This document shows, in pieces, positions 1-13,844 of a stretch of DNA of 64,000 nt. The position numbers were made by a program, and so were the translations under genes. The notes beneath the pieces were generated by a model, which saw only the letters and a list, made by a program, of their open reading frames with translations, was not told the DNA's origin and made no database searches. Each line of letters starts with the position of its first letter. Position 1 is the first letter of the stretch. The stretch spans positions 8,184,001 through 8,248,000 of the forward strand of contig OZ176053.1 in the NCBI GenBank assembly GCA_964247055.1, in the 5' to 3' direction. This stretch comes from Paragordius varius. Taxonomy: Eukaryota; Animalia; Nematomorpha.

Positions 1-3000
1 CTTGAAATACGCCTTTTATCAATATTCGACTGGACGACGTGGTTTCAGGGTTAGTGAGTTGAACACATTCAAAAGCCTACAATATATTATTTTTAGCCAA
101 TATGATATTATTTTATCCGTCTGCATCAGTATTCTAAATATATATTTTTTTAATTAAGTAATATATAATTTTAACCGTCAAGTTGATATATGTAATAAAA
201 TATTTTTTTGATAAGTATAACAACCAAATACATAATTTTAAACAAAGTTTTTTAGATAAAAGAATAGAATTAACCTTCCAGGATATAGAATCCGAATCCA
301 AAAGGTGTGCAAAGAATTTAGCCATATTTTTAATTTTTGCGCTCTCTAATCGATGAACCGTATTGTAGCTTTGGACAAATAAATTTTGGTAAATATCCTG
401 GTATTGTAGATTGATTTTACAAAATCTCTGCCCAAAAAAGAAAATAAATAATATTTAAATTACATAAATAATTAAAATTTTTCTTTTCAAATAATATTTA
501 CCTCGGCTAAAAGGCCAAAAAACTTTTTGTAAGTCCTCTCTTGTGCACAACAATCAAGAATCATAGCCGCTAACTCTTCCTAATGTATATTACAAAAATG
601 ATAAATTAAATGTTAAAAAATTTCAAATATTAAGTAAGTTTTTCTAAAAAGATGCCTATCCTATTAAAAGAAATATTGATAGGTACATCACCAAAGGTAT
701 AATAATGATATCAAGATAAATACATAATCAGATTATATTATCTTTCCAACAATAAAATTATAACATTTAATTTTATTATTATGATTTATCAAACCTCTAA
801 ACCAGGTTTAATATCAAGTTTCAGCAATTTATGGGCACATTCATCGTGAGAAAGGGAGGAATGAATAGTAAGGTATATGGTTCTGCGAAAAGCTACTAAA
901 TTTGTTTCAGTGCTATCCACGATAACTTCTGAAAAATGTAAAATAGTAGTTTATAATTAAAAAAAATATTTCACAATTAGTCAATAATAATATAGATACC
1001 TTATAATAAATTTAAAAATACTTCGCGCTATAAAACAAATTATAAAATAATATTTAACTTAAATTTAATCGATTTAAATTAACCACAGAGATAACATAAC
1101 AGTAAAAATAAAATTTATATAAACAAAAAGTAAAAACAAAAAATATATTTTTTGTAAAGACAGCCGTACTTTTTATACTTTTATTTTGACATATAACCTA
1201 AATGATAAGAGTTATGAACTATAGTTAAGAAAATTGTGTACATTATTCCTTATTTTGCGACCCAAAACATTAAGTTTTATTTGAAAATATCGACGAGAGA
1301 AAAAATTCGTTTTTTAGTTCCGATGCTTAAATTAAAAATTTCAATATTTATCGTATCTCAATACAATGATTTTTACTTTCTTCCTCTGCATTTTCCGCAT
1401 CGCTTCCGGATTCGTCACTTTCCTCATCATCTGAGCCAGGCAAAATTTCCTTTTTAATCTCCTCATACTTACTTTCGGCCGTCTCAAAATTTTTGTCAAA
1501 TTTAAATACATCTAAAAGTATAGAAAAATCGATAATATATATATAAGTTTTATATGGTTTATATGTCTTTAAAAGAATATTAAAAAGTTATGCTACGATT
1601 GCAAAATAATAAACAGGCATGTGATTGTTATGCGGTAACATATGGTTTAAACGTACCTATTGTCGGTATTTCAATTTTAGCATACTTAAACAGTGAATTT
1701 ATTATTTTAATGGGAAAACAGACTAAATTTAACAAAATACGCTACTATACATATACTTTCACATATCTGACTAATCACTTTAGTATGGAACAATTTATTA
1801 GCATATACTTAGGATATCTTGTGTCTCAATATCTTCGTCCAATGTTACCATGTGGGTAAATTGATCATCCTCCTCAATCAAGTTTAATTCATCGAGTATG
1901 GCAGGATAATCCTAAAATAATAATTTACATATTATATAATTTTAAATTAAAAACATATTATATATCAAATATTTATCATTTTATGCAACATTGATTTTGA
2001 GTTTTATTTAAAGAATTTCGCAATTATAAAGAAAAATTTTTTAATCAAAGACAACGTTTTTTGAGATTTACAAGTATTATTATTACAATCAACAACATTT
2101 CCATTTACACAAATATATTTTCTGTCAAAAAAGTATATTGAGTAGTTAATAATTGTTGTTTATAAAAAAAAATAGTTTTTAGTGCTGTTAAAAATTACTT
2201 AATAATCTAATATAACCAAATATCTCACCTTAAAATTATCTTTGTAGATTTGGAAATAAGTATCAATCAACATTTGTGTCCGATCCGATATTAAGCTTTC
2301 ATGCAAAATGTTTCGCAATTGATCGCTAATCACTGAACAAAAAATATTTACAAAAAATATGTCTATAATGCTGCATAATAAATATTCGAAAGAAAGTATT
2401 GTTTTAAACTAATAAAAAGCAAATGGTAAAAATAAAACTCAAAAGACAGCAAAAATTTAGACTTTAATTTTACAAATTTAATAACTATAATGAATCCGCA
2501 TAAAAATGCAAAAAACATACGTATAAAAGCCTTATTTTATAAAAAGTTTTCATATTTAGAAAAATAAAAAACATACCATGTATGTATATAATAAGTTTTC
2601 CGCGAATAAGGTTAAAAAGCGGTAAAACATATAGTAAAAATAGTTATAAAAAGATTTGACCATAGCTCAATGTTAGAACACAAAACAACAAAGCATTTAG
2701 ACTTTACAACTAATTTTTACAAAATGATATGATATTCAAATCTGTTAGCAAAAGAGATGAAGATTGTTTTATAGATCTGTTACATCTTAATCCCTGTGGT
2801 GCAATTTCTTTCATTTTAAGACCGCATTCCTTCAAAAATCCGATGGCCACTTCAATCGAATCATCCGTCGGATTTTCCAACAACAGCGTAAGTATATCAA
2901 GGGCTAAAATTTCATGTGCCTCCATAAAAAAGGTATATTATAGTGAGATAAATTATAAAGTTTACTTCATTAAATATTTTTAAAATCAATTTAAGTAAAT

Positions 3001-4771
3001 AAACAAAAACCTTTAATTTTAGGTAAAAAGCGAATGCAACACACAAGAAAACTCTTATTTTTATTTCATAGGTGTTTAAAGTGTTCCAAAATCAAAAAAT
3101 TTATTAACAAAGTTTGATACATATATAAAATATAATATATTTAGCATACCACTCTTTGATTGATTAAATGGGCTATGAATTTAATTGAGGAGAGACATAC
3201 GTCTTTGTCATTTCGGCGGAAGGCTTTGCGGAATAAAACTACTAATCGTTTAACCAACAACTCCCCAATTTGTGGAAACTAGCATGTGTTAAAATACATG
3301 AGATATAATTTAAAAAAAAACACTAACCTATTATAATGGACCAGAAACCAAATTGGTTCTCAGTTTAAAAAGAAATTTTAGCCAATCAGTGAATTGTAAC
3401 TCGAATCGTAACTCGTTTCAAAAAATAGTTTAATCAACAATCTACAGAACATGTGTCACCAATTTTATAATATTGTATCTAGTGGTATACATTATATGGC
3501 CTAAAATTTTAAATATTTTTTAAATGAAAACACCGATTCCACCAATTAGAATAGATATTTGAGAGATGGTTTTTTATTTAGTAAATATATACTTGGCAAC
3601 TTTACACCATATAAAAACAAAGCCTAAAATTACAACAAGAAAAAGCTAAAACACAATTATTTAAAATATCTATTATAAATAAACATGAGATCAATAAATA
3701 TGTAACTCATGACGGGCTAGAGTTCCGATGGGCACAAACAAAAGAAATAATTTAATAAAACTTGAAATAAAAAATCAATCCAATAAAACACTGGAAATAT
3801 CGGATTAGAATGAACAAGTCATGTTCAAAGACATATATATTTTTTAAACATGAAAAATTAATAAATAGAATTACTGTCAAATCCGGCACATCCCCTAAAT
3901 TACATAATTTAATATCATAACAAAAAATGTTTATAACGCTTATAAATATGGAAATAGCCAAACCTAATATATGGGATACTCTTAAAGGCGTACCGCTATT
4001 TAATAATGAAATCTTCTTTAAATATGATAAAATAATTTTTTTTAATATTTTTCTGTGCAATTGAAAATTTACCAATAAAAAATGAAAACCATAATTTCTT
4101 AAACAAAAGGAATGCGTTCAAAAGTCATTAATTAAAAGTTGCAATTCGACACAAAAAGTTCCATGCTTAAGGGTGACCTTTTTATGATAAGAACTATTAG
4201 AAAGTGGCCCTATTGGGTGACATTAATGACGCATGACGCATCGTAAAAAAGACGAAAAGTTTTTTTGGATAAAGCCTACCTATTTATTTTCTAATATATA
4301 TGATCATCAATATTCATGGCTTTTGGAAAAATTAAATAATATATTCACTTTAGAATTGATAATGGCTAATAGACAAGCATAAACATTGGTAAAAACAGTT
4401 GATAAAACTTGAGCTCTCATTAGGGATTGTACTACAATACCACGTCCTCTTATAATATTATATTCTAACAAATTTAATGCTATATCTTGAACATTTGACA
4501 CGTTAACTTTATTAATTAATCCATTAATTTTTTTCTTCAGATTCATCCAGTTCATACGTTGATAAGCCATTCTATATATTTAAACAAAATTTTACGATGA
4601 TTTATCCGTCAATTGACTTTGAAGTAATTTTAACTTGGAAGGTGGCAAATATGTGGATGATTTATTGGCTAAAACCTTTTCGATCAAAGTTTCAGGCGTA
4701 ATTTCGTCAGACTTCTTAGCCCGCTTCCCTTTTTTATCGTATTCGTCAGCTGCCATGTTTCCCCGTGTCAT
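1..4771 (-). CDS. CWC22: Pre-mRNA-splicing factor CWC22 (MIF4G + MA3 domains), 11 exons visible, 3' end beyond the window edge
   Basis: Exons (minus): 4771-4596, 4571-4349, 3278-3150, 2919-2784, 2332-2229, 1911-1809, 1511-1377, 928-795, 579-502, 427-275, 76-<1, all GT-AG and phase-compatible. Translation contains [127 protein letters not shown], which match CWC22. Confidence 0.96.
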
Positions 4772-4816
4772 ATTAATTTATGAATGTATCATATTAAAAT
4801 GAAGATAAATTCTTGA

Positions 4817-5806
<990 letters not shown>

Positions 5807-8052
5807 TGGTATGGATATCTTTTGATTTGACATTTGTCTAAAGGCAGTTTTTGGAATCAATACTCATTTTTTTATATGACCTTGTTTTGCGTACTCTAGC
5901 ATGCCCCCTATCCTATTTCATTCCCAAGTGCAATATAGATAAAATTGTAATATACATACATATTAATAATTTCTTCATTCTTGTACATAACCTATTTTTA
6001 ATTCATATTAATATATATGATACATTTTTGAATGTAAAAATAGTAGTACACCTACATATTTTTTATTGGAATATTGATGTATTTGATGCAAGCCCATTGT
6101 AAAACAATCGACGACGTCCTTTTATGATTGATCTCTTATAGCAGATCCTTAAAAATTCTTTTTTTCTAAACGCACATAATATCGCAAGGTAAGCGACAAT
6201 TTGACAATGTGAATGTAAATGGTTGTGAAATTAAATAAATACTCAATTTTATACTTAATCATTTAATTAAATATATTTCATATTAACTTTGGGCTACACA
6301 TTCATTTCACACCTTCGATTAGCTTTAATTTTAGCGTATGATCAATTAAACGTTTGCAAAAATGTTGCAAAATAAAAATGGCGTCTAAATGGTTTGATAT
6401 GGAACTTTTTTTTCAAAACTAAATTTTATTTAGATACTTTGGCTTATTTATAGGATTATTATTATAATAATAGAAGCATAAATTTAAATTGGACCGTCTC
6501 TTTCATTTCAATAATATAAAATTAAATATGGTTGGAGTCACTAGTTACCCTAATTTTAGTAATAACGCCTTTTGAGCTAGTTTTCTTAGTATTATAGTCA
6601 AATATATATTGGTCAATCGAAAGAACTATGGACAAAATTTTATTAAAAAAATAAAATTGTAAATACCCTAACAAGCTTATACACGGCATATATATTTTTA
6701 GATTTTTTTGAAATCGATTAAAATTTGCAAATATATTATGGTTAATTATTAATAAATCTACTTTTTTTAATTTAAAAGATCATCAAAACCTAAGTATTTC
6801 TTAACTGGTAAATATTTTTAAAAACAACAAAAAATTTAAATTAGATTTTAATTTATATACCCAGAAGTTTATAAGGCTAAGTTAACAATTGGTTATTTAT
6901 GCAGAAAAACGCATGTAAAAATATATGATGTTTCCTAAGAGTCCAATAACCTAAATTTTAAATTAAAGCTGAATTTAGACTTTAAACAAGAATTATAGGG
7001 TAAACATAATATAAAGATGATTTCTCTCGTAATGACTGGAGAAAATACATCCCAATATCTATCCACATATATTAAATAACATATAATGACAATATCTTGA
7101 TTTAGGTGGATAAAATTTTAAGTATAATTAGCTTTGAATGCAAGATGATCAGCTTTAACTCATTAATTTTTTGGCGGTTTTTATTTTTACACTTTATAAA
7201 CTTTTCACATTTTGTCTGCGATGACATATTTGGGTAGTTTCACATCCCAGAGATCACCTTGTAAATAGATAACTGTTTTGAAAGAGTTATTTTATTTAAA
7301 ATAATTGTCAAACATTTTTCTCGGGTATTAGATAAGAGGCTAATTTTTTTACAGTTATGTGACTTTTAGAGTCTAAAATTGGGACAGCTCCATAACACGA
7401 CTTAAATCAACAACTAATATTTAAATCAATATATATGAAGTTTTTGCTGCTAAAATGGTGTCAGAAAGCTTTTAACCTTAATTTTTTACATTTTTCAACC
7501 ATAAAATATATTTATTTGCTTATTGCAATAGCGATTTAAAAAGTATAAAAAAAATGCGGGCAAAATTTGAATGAAGATTTTCTCACTATTTTACATTTTT
7601 TAACAAATTATTTAATGCCCCTAAAAGGCTTAGGAAAGCATATTCTTAAATTCGGCCTAATAAAAAACTTCAAATCGCCCTGAAAAATAAAGCTACCCCA
7701 ATAGGTCATGGAATGTTAAAAGCTCATTATGGAGGCCATCGTATATGATTAGATGATAGTTTGAATATATTAAACGCAAAACGACTTTTTTGCTTTGATC
7801 AAACGTTTCAAGGACTTTATAAAATAATATCTAACCTTAAAAAATTACATGCGTTTTTTAAATAGATTTACAAATATAATAACGATATTACGGTTAAAAG
7901 CGATATTGACTATTAGATTAATAACTTTTTTAAATTGTTAATAACTAAAACTTTATGACAAGATTATGGCTTATTTTGAATTTTTTAAAAATGATTTTAT
8001 TTTGATTATTTTAAAACTCAAGTTAACCTGTTTATAACTTTTTTCCCTGGAT

Positions 8053-8325
8053 CAGGGGTGTCCAACTTAAATGTCTTCATGGGCCGCACTTTTGGATCAA
8101 AAAATCCGACGGACCGCATTTGCAAATATGGGCAATAACAAATATTTTATTGGATTTTAAACATAAGACTCTAAAAATCAGTATGTATTTTAACAATTTT
8201 TGCTAGTTCATCACCGAAATCGGAAAAATTTAATCGCAAAATTTGTTTAAAAAAATATTTTAGAATATGTAAAATTTTATATTTAAGATTTCTCGCGGGG
8301 AGCAACCGCATGTTGGTGACTCCTG
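8053..8325 (+). mobile_element. hAT-like MITE (CAGGGGTGTCCAAC termini)
   Basis: Left end CAGGGGTGTCCAAC, degenerate right end GTTGGTGACTCCTG; internal sequence shared with the copies at 36034 and 58563. No 8-bp TSD seen. Confidence 0.6.
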
Positions 8326-9129
8326 GCCCAAATCATATTATTACAGTTTTAAAGGTTTGCAAGCTGAATATTAGCAATCTAACCGTAGTAAATACACATC
8401 TGATTTAAAACAATAGTAATTAAAAATTTGTTGGTGTGATCAAAAGACCTGTTAAAGTTAATTAATTTGATCAACCATAATACATTTATGTTTGCCACTT
8501 AGCAAGCTAGCAAAAATCTAATAAAGACAGAGATGAGAATTTTACAGTTTATCATTTTTAAAATATTGTAATGCGCCAAAAAGGCCACAGATGGCAAATT
8601 TTTATTGGTTTAAAACTTTAGATATTCCTTTAATTATATAAAATTTGAAGTGTGTCTGGGATAGAAAATCATTTTAAAGGGAAAGTTTTGAAAAATTTTG
8701 CTGTAATAATATTGCCTATATTATAGTTTCTTATCGCACCTAGGCCTTTGTGCATTTAACTTGTTTATCTCATTCCGGATTTCAAACATGCAACTACATT
8801 TATATTAATAAAAATTGATTATACTCTGTTTAGCGTTTTAAATAAATATTTTTTAATTTTTATTAAATAACTTCTTATACATTAGCCCCTAAACTAAAAG
8901 CACAATGGAATACTGTTGCAATCTACATATATATACTCTATCGCCTAAAGTTTATAATAAAATAGGCATTTTGATTATATGTTTTTTGTATATGCTGGTA
9001 TATTATACAGTTTCGCGAATTCCAAATTTTAAAATACAACTGAAAATCGATAAATAAAAATGCTGTCAAAAGTATTTTTAATTAATTTTATTGAACCACA
9101 ATATATTTTATATCCCGATATTTGTAACA

Positions 9130-9649
9130 ATTTGAATAAAATTTTTAAAAAACTACTGGAGAAAACGATACCAATTTAAATTTATGCTTCTATCCTAATA
9201 AAAATTATATAAATATGCCAAAATATCTTAATAAATTTTTGTTTTAAAAAAAAGTTCGATGTCAAACTACTTCGACGCCATTTTTATTGCACAAATTTTT
9301 TATCGTCTTCATTTAATTTTGAGGGTAAAATTAAAGCTAATTTTTTATTAAAATTACTAACATTGATAGGAATAGAAAAAGCGGTTTATTTTGTATTATT
9401 TTTTGATTTTATCATTTCACATATGTCACGTTCAAAATTTTACCTTTCGGTTTTAGCTTTAAAAAAATAATATCAAGTATGAATAATTATTTTTTATATT
9501 TCGGTTTATTAATGTTATAGAAGTAAAAAATTTTGCCAGGGTTTTGATTCCTTCCATATTTTTAAAGTATTTTATTTTAAACAGGCATGGGGTATCCAAC
9601 TACCCCAATTTGAATCGTAGGACTAAAATGAGTGTGTTGTATCCAAATG
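9130..9649 (+). mobile_element. piggyBac-like MITE copy (left end degenerate)
   Basis: Internal sequence (aatttaaatttatgcttctatcctaataaaa...gccattttt...ggggtatcc) matches the copies at 53967 and 56709; ends ATCCAAATG followed by TTAA. Confidence 0.65.
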
Positions 9650-9847
9650 TTAAATAGGTTTTATTGGAATACATTTAAATGGTAATATAATGCATACCAG
9701 ATATCATGGATATTTTTGGAAAATATAGTTTGGAAGTCGCTCTTACATAAATCATAGAAGTGTTATAATTTTATATTGAGAATAGAATAAAAATTAAACA
9801 CACAAATCGAATTCAATTATATCCGGATAGAAAAAATAAGGATTTCA

Positions 9848-10330
9848 ACATTTTGACTCAAATTGGGTTATCTAATACCCTAAGCAATATTTAAGTTGTA
9901 AAAAATTACTGTAAGAAACGGTTCCAATTTAAATTTATGCTTTTATCCTAATAAAAAGTATATAAATAAGTCAAAATATCTAAATTAAATTTAATTTTGG
10001 AAAAAAGTTCTGTATCAAACTGCTTGGAAGCTATTTTTATTTTACATCATTTTTGCAAAATATGTGTTTTTTTTAATTCTAAGCCAAAAATTAAGTTTAT
10101 TTTTTTTATAAAACAACATTTAAAATTGATGAAAAAAAATTGGTATATTTTGCATTTTTATATTTAGCTTGCACACATGTCATGTTGCCTTAATTTTACC
10201 TTTATTTACCGCTTAATAAGTAATATCAAGTTTTTTTGAATATTTTTTTTTCATATTTTGGTTATTAATGATATAAAGTGCAAACTTTTGCCATGGTTTC
10301 AATTTATTTCATATTTTTAAAAGGTTTTGA
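9848..10330 (+). mobile_element. piggyBac-like MITE copy, truncated on the right
   Basis: Same internal sequence as the 53967 and 56709 copies, ending near ttttgccatggtttc. Confidence 0.55.
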
Positions 10331-12718
10331 CCAAAAATTTTATAAAATTCGCGCCTGCGATATATCATGGACTAATCAGCAAAGTAAAATCTTATTTGTA
10401 ATACTCTTAAGGCCAAAACAAAAGGTAGATAAGGATCTATCTATCACAATAAATATAATTAAAATATTTGTGCGCATATGAGATATTAGTGGAAATTCGG
10501 AATTATAAAAAATATGTTCTTTCGGAAATGTCGTTTTATACAACAATTTTGTGCCGTGTTAAACATACGAAAACATTGAATATCTTTTTTTACATCATAT
10601 TGCATTTGTTTGTTAGTTGCAGATGAAACACATACGCTTCTTTGTTTGATTGACATTAATATATAACTTATTTGAAACGCCCTAATATCCCATATAAAGA
10701 AAATATTTGCCATAATTGAAACAATTTAACCATTTCTTTCCATTCCTTATGTCCAAGGTAATTATATTTAAAATATGTACTTTTATTTGATAGCTAATAA
10801 ACGTGTATATTTTGCCAATATTTACCATTTCTATTATTCAAATATTTTACTAAGCGAATATTTTATCTAATGAAACATTTAACATTAAATTTTTATCTAT
10901 ACATATAATGCTAATGACATTAGCATAATCAAGGATATCAAATGCATTATTTTTTTTATAATTTCCCCTGTTGTTTTACTCAACTCTTGTTTCTTTACAT
11001 TAATACATATTTATGAACGCTAACAAAATGCATACATATATAATACACTATTTTATAGCTCAAATCAAATATGGAATTTTAGGTTGTATTAAAATTTATT
11101 TACAGTTATAGCTAAGGTTCAAAATTCATGTATTATGCAAAGATACTGTATAAGAGATGGATGTTTGTACACATTAATAATAGCAAGCCTTTTGTGTGTT
11201 TGCTGTTTTTACATTGTACAATTTTTACATTCACATTCTTTCGGTTTTTTTGTGCTTATAAATAGAAACAAGTAAGCTTTTTTACTTTTCTTTTTGTGTT
11301 TAAAGAACACATTTATACATTCGTCACATTCTATCTATTATACATATATCTATATGTGTGTGTTTTACATATGTGTTGTATAGTATTGGCATATAGGTAA
11401 ATTACTAATTAATTATTAATTTCAATTTTATCGATATCTGCCTATCTATTTATACATATTAAAAATAAATTCGCCTTATAAGTAATATTTGTTAATTGGG
11501 TGTGTGATGTATTCTTTTTATTCACTTTTGGATTAGGGGTAATTTGTTTAAATTTACAACGAATAATGTTTTTTCATTTGATAAAAATACTTTATAATAT
11601 AGGACACACTAAGATTTTTTCCGAATAAACACAATTTTGTAAATTCATTTGGCTTTAATATTATATATTGGCAGGGATGGAAGTTTTATTATACATATTC
11701 CCTTAAACAGCTGTTAAAATATTTATAATATCCAAGCGCTATATTTATATATGTGAAATTAAATATGGAAAAATATATATTAATTGCTCCATATAGATTA
11801 TAAATATCACATAAACTTTTCGTTGATGCATATACATTACTGTGTATATGTAAATCGTTCTGTATGTACTCCTTTAGAAGCTTTTGTTTGGATCGATAAA
11901 TATATATAAAACTACATATAACATACTTAAAATAGTAATGTATGTGGCAGATTTTTAACTTATAATCTACATTCAATGTTTTAAAATGATCGTTATTTTC
12001 TTCTTGCCAACTTATGAATTATAACTAATTCTAGATTTTTACCTGCTTATTTATTATTACACATATTAAATGCAAGGCCTTTATATATCCAATTCCATAT
12101 GTTTTTGGATTTGGGTAACATAGAGGTTAATTTTTGCGTTTTTAAGTTTGGTAATAGATATTATTATGCTAGTCGTAATTTGCATTTTTATCATACATGT
12201 GTGTATACGTAGCGATAACAGAAATTCGATTATTGTTACAATAGGTATATATAAATATTAATACGTAAAAACTTGTATTATATATATATATATAGAGAGG
12301 TAGGCAACTCTTAAAAATATCCTCAAAACATTTATGATGGCTAAAAAATTATTTTGCACATATCCTACATATTATCATTACAAATATAAGATGAACTAGC
12401 ATAATAGTATACATACATGTATATGTAGTAAACATTTATATGTGTAAATTTGAATGTAGAGAGAGAAAATGTATATATGATGTGTAGGATAAAAGGCGTA
12501 TGTGGTTTTAACATTTATTTATCCTTCCTTTTTGATAAAAAAAACAGTATACCATTAACTAACCAATAATTCTATTACTATAAATGGTTATTCAAGTTTA
12601 TAGGATGATTTTTGAATATTTAAAATGCGATGTAAAATTTCTAAATTTAGCATGTTTGTTATAAGCTATACACAACGTGTTTCACAATCTACGCTATTTA
12701 TAAGATTTTAAGTATATA

Positions 12719-12880
12719 CAGTAGCGTATGGTATAAAACAATATTAGTCCATAAAAGAATAAAAAAATGTTTTTAAAAAAAAAACAATGGGATATTATGG
12801 ATATCACAACTAGGTTTTTTTAAAAAAAAACATTTTTTATTCTTTTATGGACCAATCATGATTCATGCCATACGCTATTG
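12719..12880. mobile_element. Fold-back MITE with TA target duplication (Tc1/mariner-type ends)
   Basis: TA|CAGTAGCGTATGG ... CCATACGCTATTG|TA, with long internal inverted arms (gtccataaaagaataaaaaaatgttttt / aaaaacattttttattcttttatggacc). Confidence 0.7.
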
Positions 12881-12915
12881 TACTGAATAAAAATATGATA
12901 TTGCTCCATAAAATG

Positions 12916-13134
12916 CAGTAAGCACGTTTGGTTTATTCACATAATTGTTGGTCAATTTATACTACAGTAGCATGTGTTATAAACCGAATTTTTGTCCAAA
13001 ATTAAAATACAAAGAAAGTTATGTTAGATAAAAAAAAATGTTTTATATCAACATTTTGTTGTTTTTTCCACACACTACTGTGTTGCCAATTGATTAACAT
13101 AAATGTGGATAAGCTAGCATAAATGTGCATACTG
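12916..13134. mobile_element. CAGT...ACTG MITE related to the 20730 copy
   Basis: Shares ctactgtgttgcc.attga..aacat...gataagc.ag.at.aa.tgcatactgta with 20870-20933. Confidence 0.55.
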
Positions 13135-13810
13135 TATATAAAGCATTAGTTTTTTATACAATGTGGTATGATAAAATATATCATTGCCTTTTTATTAATC
13201 TGCATATCACATTTTTGTGCATTTTATTTGCGTACATCATAAATTTAACTATATAAAATAAAATACAAGTCAAAATAGAGTGGTTAAATTAAAGTCTAAC
13301 CTATGTTGATTATTATACTACAAGTTACATGATTTTTGTTTATATATAATGAAATTTTCTATTTGTCTGATTTCTGTAATTTTTCGCGATCGATACTATT
13401 TAAATTATTGTGGCGATTTTTACTTCAATGTGCTGCATATAAATAGTTTATAAAAATATGCTAAGCAGTTAAAATGTAATAGGATCCAAAAATGTGCAAA
13501 GATTATAAAAAACTTTTTTATTTGAAATGCATACAAACGTGTATATCGTATAAATTTACATACTTATCATATATATAATGTAGGGTAGTATTTTTCAATA
13601 TTTTTTGTTCAATATTTATCGATCGATGAATATAATTGTATAACACATATTTTATGTATTATGTGTATACATATAATTATAAAAAGGAACTTTTGCTTTG
13701 ATGTTAATTTGATTTATATAATATGTTTGTGCTTTTATTTTTTGATCTGTTGTACTATTTATACAAAAAAATAAGAAACCACCTTTGAAAAATAACATTG
13801 CTTGTTTACC

Positions 13811-13843
<33 letters not shown>

Positions 13844-13844
<1 letters not shown>

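Noticed and set aside
3752-4075. 107-aa minus ORF inside CWC22 intron 2
   Set aside because: It does not fit the CWC22 alignment, which is contiguous without it, and shows no recognisable motif.
5851-6102. 83-aa plus ORF and possible small minus-strand exons after the InaF gene
   Set aside because: Composition (I/N/F/Y-rich) is that of AT-rich non-coding DNA, and the splice joins tried gave no recognisable protein.
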